From Minisyncoccia bacterium (GTDB taxonomy: Bacteria; Patescibacteriota; Minisyncoccia; UBA6257; 2-01-FULL-56-20): DNA of 64,000 nucleotides. The translations under genes were made by a program, and so were the position numbers. This document shows positions 1-8,888 of this stretch, piece after piece. How positions within the stretch are numbered: position 1 is the stretch's first letter; every line of letters begins with the position of its first letter. The stretch covers positions 66,246 through 130,245 of the forward strand of contig JBEKML010000001.1 of assembly GCA_050008535.1 (NCBI GenBank). Reading direction: 5' to 3'. The notes below the pieces were generated by a model that worked only from the letters and a program-made list of their open reading frames with translations, was not told the DNA's origin and did not search any database.

Positions 1-2
1 TC

Positions 3-368
3 GCCTTTTCGGTTTGGGAAAAGAATTTTCTCTTTGGCCTTTTTGTCGTCGTCGCCGAGATGCTTTTCATCGTGTGGGGGAACCGGGAGCCGCGCACGCT
101 TCGTTTCGCTTTGACGGAAAACGATATCGAAGTGGAAAAAGGGAAAGCGTACCCCCTCAAAGATTTTGAAAACGTGGGAATTGACCCTTTGGGCAACGGC
201 TGGGCCGAACTCGTTTTTACCTTTCGCGCGAAGCTCAAAATCCCTTTCAAAATACTGTTTCCGGAAGATCGCCTTACTGAATTGCGTAATCATCTGAAAA
301 CCGTACTAAAAGAAGTTCCCTACGAACCCACGCTCATTGATTCTATTGAAAAGCTGCTTCGGTTCTAG
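3..368 (+). CDS. Conserved CPR small membrane protein with PH-like C-terminal region, 5'-truncated by the window edge
   Basis: Frame is open from position 3 (AFSVWEKNFLFGLFVVVAEM...) with a hydrophobic segment then a soluble part; stop at 366-368. Confidence 0.7.
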   Translation, partial: AFSVWEKNFLFGLFVVVAEMLFIVWGNREPRTLRFALTENDIEVEKGKAYPLKDFENVGIDPLGNGWAELVFTFRAKLKIPFKILFPEDRLTELRNHLKTVLKEVPYEPTLIDSIEKLLRF

Positions 369-1966
369 TATCGTAAAAGCGTTGGCCCTCGTCGTTCAAC
401 GGACAGGACGCAAGATTGCGGATCTTGTAATCGAGGTTCGATTCCTCGCGGGGGCACCATAGTAGAATTTTCAGGTGAGATTAGCTGTTTAAGCTCGTAA
501 ATATCGGCAGTTTTGGTGGTTCCAAATGTCGAATAGTCGTAAGAAACGCCGTTCGGGAAAATCATCTCTTGAAACTTAATCTTATCCGACAGTTTTACCT
601 CGTACCAAAGCTTGTAAGCGTTGGCCATAAAATACAGGCAGTAGTTCACGCTGGTCTCTACGTCAAATTCCTCGATCTGTAATTCATTCCTGCTTAGTTT
701 GAGCAGGGTCACTTTTTCTTTGATCCGATTCAACTCCTCTTTGGCGGTATCGGCATCGAAGACCCCTTGTTTGGTCAGGTCGACCACTTTCACTTTTTCC
801 TCTTCGACTTTCTGGATATTCCGATCAATCGTGGCGATGTCGGTATTGAGCTCCTCGTGCTTATTTTGCCAGTAATCGATAACTGTCGCTCGGAACATGG
901 CCATTTCTTCTTTCTTGGGAGCCAGTCTTTGCAGGAACTGCATGAACTCTCCCTCGAAGATTTCCTTCTTGACGCTTCTCTTGTGGCACTTGGCGCAGTG
1001 GTAATAGGCGTAGCGTCCGCCGTGGCCCCGAGACCAGCTTCCGGTAAACTTGCCACCGCAGACACACCGGGCAGTCACTCTTAACGGAAAATCTGGATTG
1101 AGCATTCTTTTCGGATGGTTAGTAAGCCGGCCGGTTTTATTGCGAATATAAAACTGGACCCGTTCAAAGAGTTCGGTGGTGATGATTGGCTCAAATGCAC
1201 CCTGCATCTCTTGACCTTTCAGCATAAAAACTCCGGTGTAAATCCGGCTCCGGAGCATTTTGTGGATGACCTGTTGTCTGATTTTGTTTCCTTTGGACGT
1301 AGTAAATCCGATACTGTTAGCCATTCGAGTTATCTCGGATTCTTTATAAATCCCCTTGGCATATTCCTCAAAAAGTTTTTTGACGACAGGTGCTCGCTCC
1401 GGATCGGGTACAATCGTTTTATGTCCTCCTGGCTTCATAACGTTGCTGTAGCCAATTGGAGCGACCCACGAAATCTCCCCCTTGCTCACACGCTTTCGTA
1501 TTCCGTCTTTGGTGCGTTCTGCTTTGGCATCGTTATCAAATTGGGCGAATGAGGCCATGACGTTTTCCAGAAGCTTGCTCGTGGAGTTATCGCCTCCGAT
1601 CGGTTCGGTCACGGAATAAATACGGACGCCGTATTGACTGAGTAGTGATCGGATCGCCACATGGTCGGCCATGTTTCTGGCAATGCGGTCGATCTTATAA
1701 ATCAGGACCGCATCTACTTTTTCCTTATGTGTCCGGCAGTATTCCAAGAGCCGAGCTAGGGCTTTGCGGTTCATGGTCTTGGCCGACTCACCGGCATCGA
1801 CGAATGGTTCGCAGGCCAGCTCAAACTTGTGATCGACGATCCATTTTCGGGCGAGTTCGACTTGCGACTCCAAGCTAAAGTTGTGCTTGGCCTGCTCCTC
1901 GGTCGAGACACGAGCATAAATTACTGCTCGCATTTTTGTGTTTTGAATTTGGTCTGTCATAGTCAT
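365..1966 (-). CDS. Large serine recombinase (resolvase + recombinase + Zn-ribbon/coiled coil); C-terminus runs antisense through the tRNA
   Basis: YARVST catalytic motif, D.GESAK, KIDRIARN, Cys pairs CVCG...CAKC; start trimmed to the ATG at 1966. Confidence 0.95.
   Translation of the reverse strand: MTMTDQIQNTKMRAVIYARVSTEEQAKHNFSLESQVELARKWIVDHKFELACEPFVDAGESAKTMNRKALARLLEYCRTHKEKVDAVLIYKIDRIARNMADHVAIRSLLSQYGVRIYSVTEPIGGDNSTSKLLENVMASFAQFDNDAKAERTKDGIRKRVSKGEISWVAPIGYSNVMKPGGHKTIVPDPERAPVVKKLFEEYAKGIYKESEITRMANSIGFTTSKGNKIRQQVIHKMLRSRIYTGVFMLKGQEMQGAFEPIITTELFERVQFYIRNKTGRLTNHPKRMLNPDFPLRVTARCVCGGKFTGSWSRGHGGRYAYYHCAKCHKRSVKKEIFEGEFMQFLQRLAPKKEEMAMFRATVIDYWQNKHEELNTDIATIDRNIQKVEEEKVKVVDLTKQGVFDADTAKEELNRIKEKVTLLKLSRNELQIEEFDVETSVNYCLYFMANAYKLWYEVKLSDKIKFQEMIFPNGVSYDYSTFGTTKTADIYELKQLISPENSTMVPPRGIEPRLQDPQSCVLSVERRGPTLLRY
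385..459 (+). tRNA. tRNA-Arg(GCG)
   Basis: Acceptor stem GCCCTCG/CGGGGGC, anticodon arm CAAGA-TTGCGGA-TCTTG, T-loop GTTCGAT, ends ACCA. Confidence 0.93.
452..457 (+). other. Left att core GGGCAC
   Basis: Context TTCGATTCCTCGCGG-GGGCAC resembles the right-end TTCAATTCCCTCAA-GGGCAC. Confidence 0.75.
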
Positions 1967-2001
1967 ATTCGTATAGAAATAGCTTACAATGACAACATAC
2001 G

Positions 2002-2235
2002 CTAACCCTTGGCACAAGCCAAGCTGGGGCTAAGTGGATATGTTAAAATCGTTGCCCGATACGTAATCTGCATGGAAACCACGACTAAAACTGGCCTATG
2101 CTTGGCATCATGCCAAACATCGAACATGAAAGCGGCCATCTGGTAGTACTGATTTCGCATCAGCTCAATTTCTTTGTCGCTTTTACTCTCGTATGATTTT
2201 GGCAATAATTTTCTACACGCTTTGATCGTTAGCAT
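2002..2235 (-). CDS. Small helical protein directly upstream of the recombinase (candidate directionality factor)
   Basis: MLTIKACRKLLP...SDKEIELMRNQYYQMA; position abutting the integrase; function is inference. Confidence 0.55.
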   Translation of the reverse strand: MLTIKACRKLLPKSYESKSDKEIELMRNQYYQMAAFMFDVWHDAKHRPVLVVVSMQITYRATILTYPLSPSLACAKG

Positions 2236-2800
2236 AATCTTGTTTCTTAAATCCACCCTTGGGCGGTCTGCCGGTTGCCAGCCAATGATCGGCTTTCTCG
2301 GTAGATTCCGATTTGTATTGGTCACGGGACAACGCCAGCCGGATTTCATATGGCACCATAAGCCAGCGATCCTCGACTGACAGTTGCTCGAGCTCCTCGG
2401 GGTTAACATGGATGGTCTCTTTCGGCTTGCCCTCGACCCGATCCAGTATCTCCCGGATGGCGGACATTTTGACCGAGTCGTTCGCGCTTCCCATTAAGGC
2501 AACGAGCATCTCGTTGGCCAGCCGAAAATTCTGCTCTCTGATTCTCGCTCCAGCTCGCCGGACAATGTTCATGGTTTCGATATGGATTTGATCCATCTCG
2601 TCCTCGTATATGCGGTAAGTTTCGTACAAAGTACCGGCTTCTTTGAACCAATCTTTAACGCTCTGCTCGGTGAATTTGGCTTTTCTACTTTTTGGGGCTT
2701 TGCGGTTTAGATCATCGGCAATACTTTCGTACGAATGGCCTTTATATTTCAGCTCTAATGCCCGTTTGTGGTATTCGGATAGATGTTTGATTTTGGGCAT
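2213..2800 (-). CDS. HTH protein, phage terminase small subunit-like
   Basis: N-terminal HTH (GHSYESIADDL...QSVKDW) then LVALMGS..DSVKMSAIREILDRVEGKP, a motif typical of TerS-like proteins. Confidence 0.6.
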   Translation of the reverse strand: MPKIKHLSEYHKRALELKYKGHSYESIADDLNRKAPKSRKAKFTEQSVKDWFKEAGTLYETYRIYEDEMDQIHIETMNIVRRAGARIREQNFRLANEMLVALMGSANDSVKMSAIREILDRVEGKPKETIHVNPEELEQLSVEDRWLMVPYEIRLALSRDQYKSESTEKADHWLATGRPPKGGFKKQDYANDQSV

Positions 2801-2811
2801 AAAAAGTAGAG

Positions 2812-3024
2812 TTAAGTAGAACTTTTCGGACCTCGTTTTTCTTCGACAATGATCTGTTTCGGCTTTCCATAAACTCGGTCAAGAATGTAGATAGCCGCTT
2901 CCAGCTTCACCATGTCGTCCTTGCTCTTGAGAAGCGAGACCAAAACCTCGGCCGCTTTCACGACATTTTTATGGAACATATTTATGGCGGTTTCCATTTC
3001 AGGCGTCAGATGTTGTTTGTTCAT
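2812..3024 (-). CDS. Short paralog of the TerS-like C-terminal domain
   Basis: LVSLLKSKDDMVKLEAAIYILDRVYGKPKQ aligns with the downstream gene. Confidence 0.65.
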   Translation of the reverse strand: MNKQHLTPEMETAINMFHKNVVKAAEVLVSLLKSKDDMVKLEAAIYILDRVYGKPKQIIVEEKRGPKSST

Positions 3025-3036
3025 GTTTTTTATTGG

Positions 3037-3543
3037 TTAATCTTTATAAGGCGTCCTCACACTCATCCGATCCAGCAACTGCTCACGGGTATCCATCAGT
3101 GCATCGAATGATTCCTCGGATTTCTGCTCGGCATAGGCTCGTTTATCTTCGAGTTCGTCCAATGCTTTCTTTTTGCGCTGGAAGTCTTCGTAGGCTTTAA
3201 GGTCGGGACCGACAGCCCAACCACGATCCGGATGCTCTTTTTTTACATAGCGACGGGATGTTGCTTTTATCTCCAATAGATACTGCACAAGTCCGGCATC
3301 AGTGAGTCCTGTGATATCGTTGTAGACTCGTCTTGGATTTATGCTTTCGGGAAATTGGCGACTGCCCATCGTGAAAGCTCGCATGACTTCTTTCGGTTCG
3401 CCGTAAACCCAGAGAGGATACTTGAGCGGTGCGGTTTTTAACTGCTCGAGCATTACTTCAAAATCTTTAACGGTTTGCTTATCTTCCGGATTGCTTAGGT
3501 CGTATTCCGCTTTTATATTTTCTTTTGTCTCGGTGTATTTCAT
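3037..3543 (-). CDS. Hypothetical protein
   Basis: 168-aa ORF overlapping the rep stop (ATGA coupling). Confidence 0.7.
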   Translation of the reverse strand: MKYTETKENIKAEYDLSNPEDKQTVKDFEVMLEQLKTAPLKYPLWVYGEPKEVMRAFTMGSRQFPESINPRRVYNDITGLTDAGLVQYLLEIKATSRRYVKKEHPDRGWAVGPDLKAYEDFQRKKKALDELEDKRAYAEQKSEESFDALMDTREQLLDRMSVRTPYKD

Positions 3544-4331
3544 ACGATGAATTTAAATAACGTCTCCAGCGTGTATCGCTTGAGCCATCCTTGCTTTACG
3601 GCTTCTTGGATTTTCTTGAATCCTTGAATGATTTTTTCGTCACCAAATGGCTCTAAGTTTTTAGCTGTCCTCACGTTGCGTTTTATAAATGCCTCCCATT
3701 GGGCTTTGGTCTGGAGATCCGGCTCGATCGTATCCGCCCAGTTGCCGATGATCTGGATATGCCGGTGGTTGCTCTTTCCACACCAGTCCACGAATTCTTT
3801 GAGAGTCATGGGGACATCAGTTATCGGCGTTTCGGTTTCTTCTTTTTCTTTCTTCTTCAAGGGTTCTTCTTTGTGCCCAATGGTTGAACGCTTCGAGTTC
3901 ACCAGATGAACGCTTTCGTTCACTGGTTGAAGGCTTTGTGGCAAGCGTTCACCATTTGAACGCTTTGATTTTTCCTCGTAATGCCGGACATTGAGCGACC
4001 ACAAATCTACGATCCGGTATTCGACCGTCTGCTGGTTCGTGGCCCCGGTGGCTTTATAACCAACGACTTCTATCCAGCCACGCTCGACCAGCTTTTTCTG
4101 GTATTTAGCGACCGTATTCCTTGAGCAACCGAGTCGTCCGGCGATTTCCATTGCTGACATCCAGCAGGTGCCCTCCTCGCCAGCCACACGCTTCATGTAT
4201 AAATAAATGGCCTGCTCGTAAACCGTCGAATGGTTGACGATGTAGTTCGGGATGATCGTGAAGTATTTCCGGTCACCGCTCTTGTCTATGATTTTGAATG
4301 GGTCGTTACGCATAAAATTAGTCGTGTCCAT
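3540..4331 (-). CDS. Phage-type replication initiator with N-terminal winged HTH
   Basis: YFTIIPNY, CWMSAMEIAGRLGCSRNTVAKYQKKLVERGWI; the central low-complexity linker carries DNA iterons. Confidence 0.8.
   Translation of the reverse strand: MDTTNFMRNDPFKIIDKSGDRKYFTIIPNYIVNHSTVYEQAIYLYMKRVAGEEGTCWMSAMEIAGRLGCSRNTVAKYQKKLVERGWIEVVGYKATGATNQQTVEYRIVDLWSLNVRHYEEKSKRSNGERLPQSLQPVNESVHLVNSKRSTIGHKEEPLKKKEKEETETPITDVPMTLKEFVDWCGKSNHRHIQIIGNWADTIEPDLQTKAQWEAFIKRNVRTAKNLEPFGDEKIIQGFKKIQEAVKQGWLKRYTLETLFKFIV
3875..3967. repeat. Iterons (putative origin) inside rep
   Basis: About 21-bp units GTTCACNNNTTGAACGCTTT at ~3875 (degenerate), 3897, 3918 and 3947, next to a T-rich tract at ~3830-3872. Confidence 0.65.
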
Positions 4332-4575
4332 AAATTCTCACTTTGGCAAGTTTGAGTTGGTTGAAAAAATCTTGAGGTTCGACCACAAGTTCTCGCTTCC
4401 AGTATTTGCTTACCAAATCGTCTAATTGGTCGCTCCTCCGGAAAGCGAAGAAGACCTTGCGCGGATTTGCACGGTCGCAGACCTCGAGCGAGTCGGGCAT
4501 AAATAGCAAAAGAACCGCTACCAATGCTAAATCGGCGGTTGTATAAAATTCGGAATTGTCGCTTGTCATAGTCAT
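4318..4575 (-). CDS. DUF5659-like protein
   Basis: FYTTADLALVAVLL...KVFFAF...LVSKYW..ELVVEPQDFFNQLK..K.RIY pattern. Confidence 0.75.
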   Translation of the reverse strand: MTMTSDNSEFYTTADLALVAVLLLFMPDSLEVCDRANPRKVFFAFRRSDQLDDLVSKYWKRELVVEPQDFFNQLKLAKVRIYGHD

Positions 4576-4675
4576 ACTGTTTCCTCGCATTTGTTCCGGG
4601 ACCTCGCCCAAAACAAAACATACTCCCAGCATAGAGGAGTACGTTCATTCAATATTCAGTTCTGAATTTGGAAAG

Positions 4676-5200
4676 CTACGGCACAAATCGCCAACCCTCT
4701 TTTTTGTGATTAAGAATCACGTCTTTTCCGAAGCAGGGCTTGAGCAATCCGTGCAGTTCGCTCACGTATTTGGCGATGGTCGAGAATCTGGTTCTCTCAC
4801 GCCGTTCGGCCCGGATGATTTCCTCCCGTATTTCATCGCATAAGACCAGCTGGTTCGGCCGGGACATAAATATCCGGCATAGGTCGTTGAGCTGATCACG
4901 CATAGGGATCACTGATCCTCTGAAGCGGATCGTGCCGTCGGAATATGTCGCAAGGTCGCCGATTTCTATTTCAGGCTTTATTTTTTGAGTAGATAGACTG
5001 CATAGCACAGCCGTTGTTTTCTTTAATCTCAAATTACTAACCCGTCGATCACCATCTAGTTCGCTGACCTCCTGACGCAACATTTTTACCTCACAGATCA
5101 GCCGGTACAAAAGAACCCCGATTGGAATTTCGACAATCAAAAAGCGATAGGTTATTTCAATGCTTACTGCCGAATATTGCGCTGTCATTTTCATAGTCAT
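4676..5200 (-). CDS. Winged-helix (OmpR/Trans_reg_C-like) DNA-binding protein
   Basis: C-terminal FMSRPNQLV..DEI...TIAKYVSELH...VILNHKKEGWRF. Confidence 0.65.
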   Translation of the reverse strand: MTMKMTAQYSAVSIEITYRFLIVEIPIGVLLYRLICEVKMLRQEVSELDGDRRVSNLRLKKTTAVLCSLSTQKIKPEIEIGDLATYSDGTIRFRGSVIPMRDQLNDLCRIFMSRPNQLVLCDEIREEIIRAERRERTRFSTIAKYVSELHGLLKPCFGKDVILNHKKEGWRFVP

Positions 5201-5222
5201 CTTTGCTAACACCTAAAACGAA

Positions 5223-5270
5223 ACGAGCTCGTAACCCAACTATCAAATCGATAGTGGATTACGAGCTCGT
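5223..5270. promoter_or_regulatory. Imperfect ~21-bp inverted repeat bounded by two ACGAGCTCGT palindromes
   Basis: ACGAGCTCGTAACCCAACTATC ... GATAGTGGATTACGAGCTCGT upstream of the wHTH/rep operon. Confidence 0.5.
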
Positions 5271-5377
5271 GAGCAAGGAATGCCGTTCAGGTCGCCCCTT
5301 GAGGCGAAATTATTTAATTGTTGGATTTATTATAACACTTTTCAAAAATTCTCTTAAAAAATTCACTGTGTATAAAT

Positions 5378-6736
5378 TTACCGTCTTGGCTTTGAAAAAT
5401 TTCTGATTGCACCCTCCATAACACACTTCATGATCATTCCGTTGATGGGCTCGCTGTAACTCCGGCTACCTTCTGTAAGTTGCATATGGCCGATGTTCTC
5501 ATTCCAAACAAAATATTGTGTTTTCTCTCTGCCTTCTTTGTGCAAAGCAAGCCCGTCAGTAAAAGGGTCAACTTGCACAATTTTCCTAAGGTCGAGGTTG
5601 ATGGTTTTCATATTTCCCGAAAAGACAAAACGTTCATTGGTGATTGTAAGAATTCCTCGATCTATGTCCCGTATTTCTTGGTGGGACTCGCTTGTCGAAC
5701 CAAACCTACCCATTCTAAAATAGACACCTTTTGCGACGCGGAAGCTTGGACCGGCATATCCACCACTGCTTTTTCGAACAGCCCTGGGTTCTTTCAGCGT
5801 TACTCCGGGAAGAGCAAAAAGGAGTTCCTCGCCAGATTTCATAATAACGGGCGTATCGACTCCTTTGAAGCTAATCTTGATTGCACCGGCACTCAACTTT
5901 TCCAGCCACTGCTCTATATCAGCTTTTCTTTGTTTCTCGTCCGACATTCCGCCATTCCCGATATTGACCCATTCACGAGGAGATAGTGTTTGGCGAGAAT
6001 ACTCTTGCCAAACCTTATTGGATTGATCGTTAACTTTTACAAACTTATATCCGGTTTCGTTTTTCCTGAAAGTCGCACCGCATTTATCGCACATAATACC
6101 TTCACGAGAAAACAAGCCAAAGAATACCTTTTCTGTTTTTAATGACATTTCTCCAACGTGACATGCAACACATCTTTTTGCTTCTGATAAATCTTGGTCT
6201 TTAGATAAAGCTGGATTTATTTGTTTATTTTGAGCGATACTCGTTGGCTTGGCGGTAACTGTCACACCGGTCGGCTCAATGTCTGATTTTAATATATAGC
6301 TTAAATCGCTGTCAGAACGGATCACGCTTGCAAGCGCCTCTGCAAAATAAACCGGCGGTGTTGTGTATCCGTGAATCCAGAGTCCCTCGGGTTCATATTT
6401 TTCTTTTGCCAGCTTTAACTCCTCGAGCATTTCTTTATACTCCTGCTCTCCGAGTACGGCCTTCATTTTCTTGCCAAAAGAATTTCCCAAAACCTTGAAG
6501 TCAGCGTCTTTAACCTCTTTTGCTAATTCATCCGAGCATTCTTTCGTCCAGTACTTGGCGACTATTTTCGCTTCAGGCCAGTCAAAATAGTTTTCGGGCA
6601 TTCCCGAAAACGGATTTGGCATAGATATGTTTAAACTTACTTTTTCGTCACCATCCCCAAACTCGGTGGTTTCGTTAAAACCATCATCGAGAATTTGTGG
6701 GTGGAATTTTAGATTTTTTATGGATAAAGCCATACT
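5378..6736 (-). CDS. Multidomain hypothetical protein (Zn-ribbon CxxC pairs, C-terminal PH-like domain)
   Basis: CVAC...CDKC; GGYAGPSFRVAKGVYFR...DRGILTITNERFVFSG; start trimmed to MALSIK. Confidence 0.7.
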   Translation of the reverse strand, partial: SMALSIKNLKFHPQILDDGFNETTEFGDGDEKVSLNISMPNPFSGMPENYFDWPEAKIVAKYWTKECSDELAKEVKDADFKVLGNSFGKKMKAVLGEQEYKEMLEELKLAKEKYEPEGLWIHGYTTPPVYFAEALASVIRSDSDLSYILKSDIEPTGVTVTAKPTSIAQNKQINPALSKDQDLSEAKRCVACHVGEMSLKTEKVFFGLFSREGIMCDKCGATFRKNETGYKFVKVNDQSNKVWQEYSRQTLSPREWVNIGNGGMSDEKQRKADIEQWLEKLSAGAIKISFKGVDTPVIMKSGEELLFALPGVTLKEPRAVRKSSGGYAGPSFRVAKGVYFRMGRFGSTSESHQEIRDIDRGILTITNERFVFSGNMKTINLDLRKIVQVDPFTDGLALHKEGREKTQYFVWNENIGHMQLTEGSRSYSEPINGMIMKCVMEGAIRNFSKPRR

Positions 6737-6740
6737 CTTG

Positions 6741-8135
6741 TTACTGAATAGATGCCGTCCAATTACCATCGGCGTCAATATTCAGAAGATAGATTCCGCT
6801 GTCATCTATGCGTACAGCTTTTGAACCGTTGTACGATCCGATGACGTTAACGAGTCCCTCAACCGTATTGCCGTTCACATCAAGCAAGTGAACAATAAAA
6901 TTGCTACTGCCGTCATGCGTAAATGCAAATGTGTGAAGACCTTGGGGGAGGCTGAAGAACGAAGTTGCTTGAGGCCCCCTACCATTAAGGCTAGAAGGAG
7001 ACTGGGCGCTGGTCGGTCGGGGTTGGGTTATGGTTATCGTCCACGGACCGTCCGAATCAACGTCAAACAGATAACTGCCTGCGTTTGAAATGTGTTCGGC
7101 TTTCGAGCCGCTAAAGTTTCCTATTTCGTTAGCGAGGCCATCAACAGTGTTTCCGTTACTATCCAAGAGGTGCACAATAAAATTGCTTTGGCCGGTATTT
7201 TGCATCGTAAAAATCGATAATCCTTGATCCAAATTGAATCTCTGGCTTGCTTGCTGGCCGTTACCGGAAATTGTTATCGGTGCAGGTGCTGGCTTAATTA
7301 CTGACACTGAGTTACTGCATGATTGGTTAACTGATTGGCTACCCGACACAACGTTCACTTGAGCGTTTTTGGTGCCGGCGCTCGAGTAAGATTTTGTGAC
7401 AGATTGAGTATTGCCTGACAAGCTCTCCGATCCAGACCACGAGAAACTATAAGATCCTGTACCACCGGACACTTGTGCAGTCCAAACAGCTGTCTGTCCG
7501 GCAGTGAGAGACGTTTGCGAAACTGAGCAAGAAACCGACAGAGCCGGTGCTGAAGGTGTAGAAGGTTGTGTTGCTTGCTGAGACTGCGATTGATTTGCAC
7601 TCGTTGGTTTCGGTGTTGTTGCTTTTGGCGCAGGATTATTTTGCGTTACAGTGTCGCCTGTACCTTTTTCAATAACGCAAGCAGTCATGCTTGGAATCGT
7701 GATCTGGAAATGCGCTTGCGATTCGTATGTTTTCGAGCCGGTCAATTGGCCATAAGCCGTAACCACGTCATCATCGACAGCATCTGTATGTCCCTGATAT
7801 TCGACGTAAACGACGTCGCTCGAACTCCATCCATACGATTCTTTTGTCACGGCAAGGCGAGCAATGCCGTAGCCATTCGATTCCTGAATTTGCAGAACTT
7901 GGCCTGTGAATTTGGCTATCTTGCCATTAAATGACCCAGGGTCTTTATTGAGTTCCTTAAAATCAACTGCCATTGCCTGATTTTTAAGAGAGGCTATATC
8001 GCTACAAAGTGATGGCTGGTTATCAGATGCGAGCTGGGCAGGACTATTATTGCTTGAGTCACTGCTACTGATAATGACGATTAATATTATAAAAACAACG
8101 ATACCGCCCACGATCCATACTGTTTTATTTTTCAT
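6741..8135 (-). CDS. Membrane-anchored surface protein: OB-fold-like domain, PKD-like domain, two tandem beta-rich repeats
   Basis: N-terminal TM; KDPGSFNGKIAKFTGQVLQ; SGGTGSYSFSWSG; duplicated SNFIVHLLD.NGNTV.GL.N.IG...GSKA. Confidence 0.8.
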   Translation of the reverse strand: MKNKTVWIVGGIVVFIILIVIISSSDSSNNSPAQLASDNQPSLCSDIASLKNQAMAVDFKELNKDPGSFNGKIAKFTGQVLQIQESNGYGIARLAVTKESYGWSSSDVVYVEYQGHTDAVDDDVVTAYGQLTGSKTYESQAHFQITIPSMTACVIEKGTGDTVTQNNPAPKATTPKPTSANQSQSQQATQPSTPSAPALSVSCSVSQTSLTAGQTAVWTAQVSGGTGSYSFSWSGSESLSGNTQSVTKSYSSAGTKNAQVNVVSGSQSVNQSCSNSVSVIKPAPAPITISGNGQQASQRFNLDQGLSIFTMQNTGQSNFIVHLLDSNGNTVDGLANEIGNFSGSKAEHISNAGSYLFDVDSDGPWTITITQPRPTSAQSPSSLNGRGPQATSFFSLPQGLHTFAFTHDGSSNFIVHLLDVNGNTVEGLVNVIGSYNGSKAVRIDDSGIYLLNIDADGNWTASIQ

Positions 8136-8138
8136 GGC

Positions 8139-8360
8139 CTACTTAATAAAATATTTGATATCTTTATTGTAAATTTTTGCAAAGGCTTGAAGCTCGACGA
8201 CATCGACCCTTTGCTGTCCCGACTCAACATTGGAAATGTGAGACTGCGGACGCTTTATTTTTTTCGCCACTTCCGCTTGCGTTAAACCTGCTTCCTCGCG
8301 AGCCTTTCGCAATTTCTCCACGAAATAGGCGTATTCCTTTGTTCTGATAGACCTAGTCAT
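8139..8360 (-). CDS. XRE-family HTH regulator (C-protein-like)
   Basis: LRKAREEAGLTQAEVAKKIKRPQSHISNVESG. Confidence 0.9.
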   Translation of the reverse strand: MTRSIRTKEYAYFVEKLRKAREEAGLTQAEVAKKIKRPQSHISNVESGQQRVDVVELQAFAKIYNKDIKYFIK

Positions 8361-8387
8361 ATAGTACTATGGTCTATCCAAACATTC

Positions 8388-8408
8388 AATATCCAAAGTT
8401 TGGATATT
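8388..8408. promoter_or_regulatory. Palindromic operator candidate upstream of the XRE gene
   Basis: AATATCCAAA-G-TTTGGATATT, plus a third TATCCAAA half-site at 8375-8382. Confidence 0.55.
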
Positions 8409-8421
8409 ACAAAACGGCCAT

Positions 8422-8733
8422 TTACGGCACCAGTTTAAACTTTCGCATTTCCTCTGTTGCCATTTCCATGTCATCCAGCACTTTCTGGTAGATCGCCTTG
8501 GTTCTTGCTGATTTTGGATTATTCTCGGCAAATTTTATGTCGTCATCATCCACAAAGCCGGCCAGTGAGATATAAGCACCGGCCAAAAGTCTGATTCGTT
8601 CTTTGATCGCTTGTTTGATTTTAGCTTTAGGTTCCGGAAGCGAGGATAGCGGATTGAATGATCCGCGTTGGTGTGGCAATCGTACATTTTTTGCGTCCCG
8701 GAGGACGGCTTCGATGTCCTCGTTCATAGGCAA
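8422..8733 (-). CDS. Hypothetical protein
   Basis: About 100-aa ORF co-oriented with its neighbours; start uncertain. Confidence 0.55.
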   Translation of the reverse strand: MPMNEDIEAVLRDAKNVRLPHQRGSFNPLSSLPEPKAKIKQAIKERIRLLAGAYISLAGFVDDDDIKFAENNPKSARTKAIYQKVLDDMEMATEEMRKFKLVP

Positions 8734-8888
8734 GCAACAACATATGCTTGCCCTCGGAACAAGTCCAGCGGTTTATAATCACTTCCTTAAGTTGGCCCCT
8801 TGACCTTGTTTTATTGTGGGTATAGTATGTATTTGTAAAGGGCGTATCACCCTTGTAAGGGAACATTAAATGTGCTAATAATAAACTT

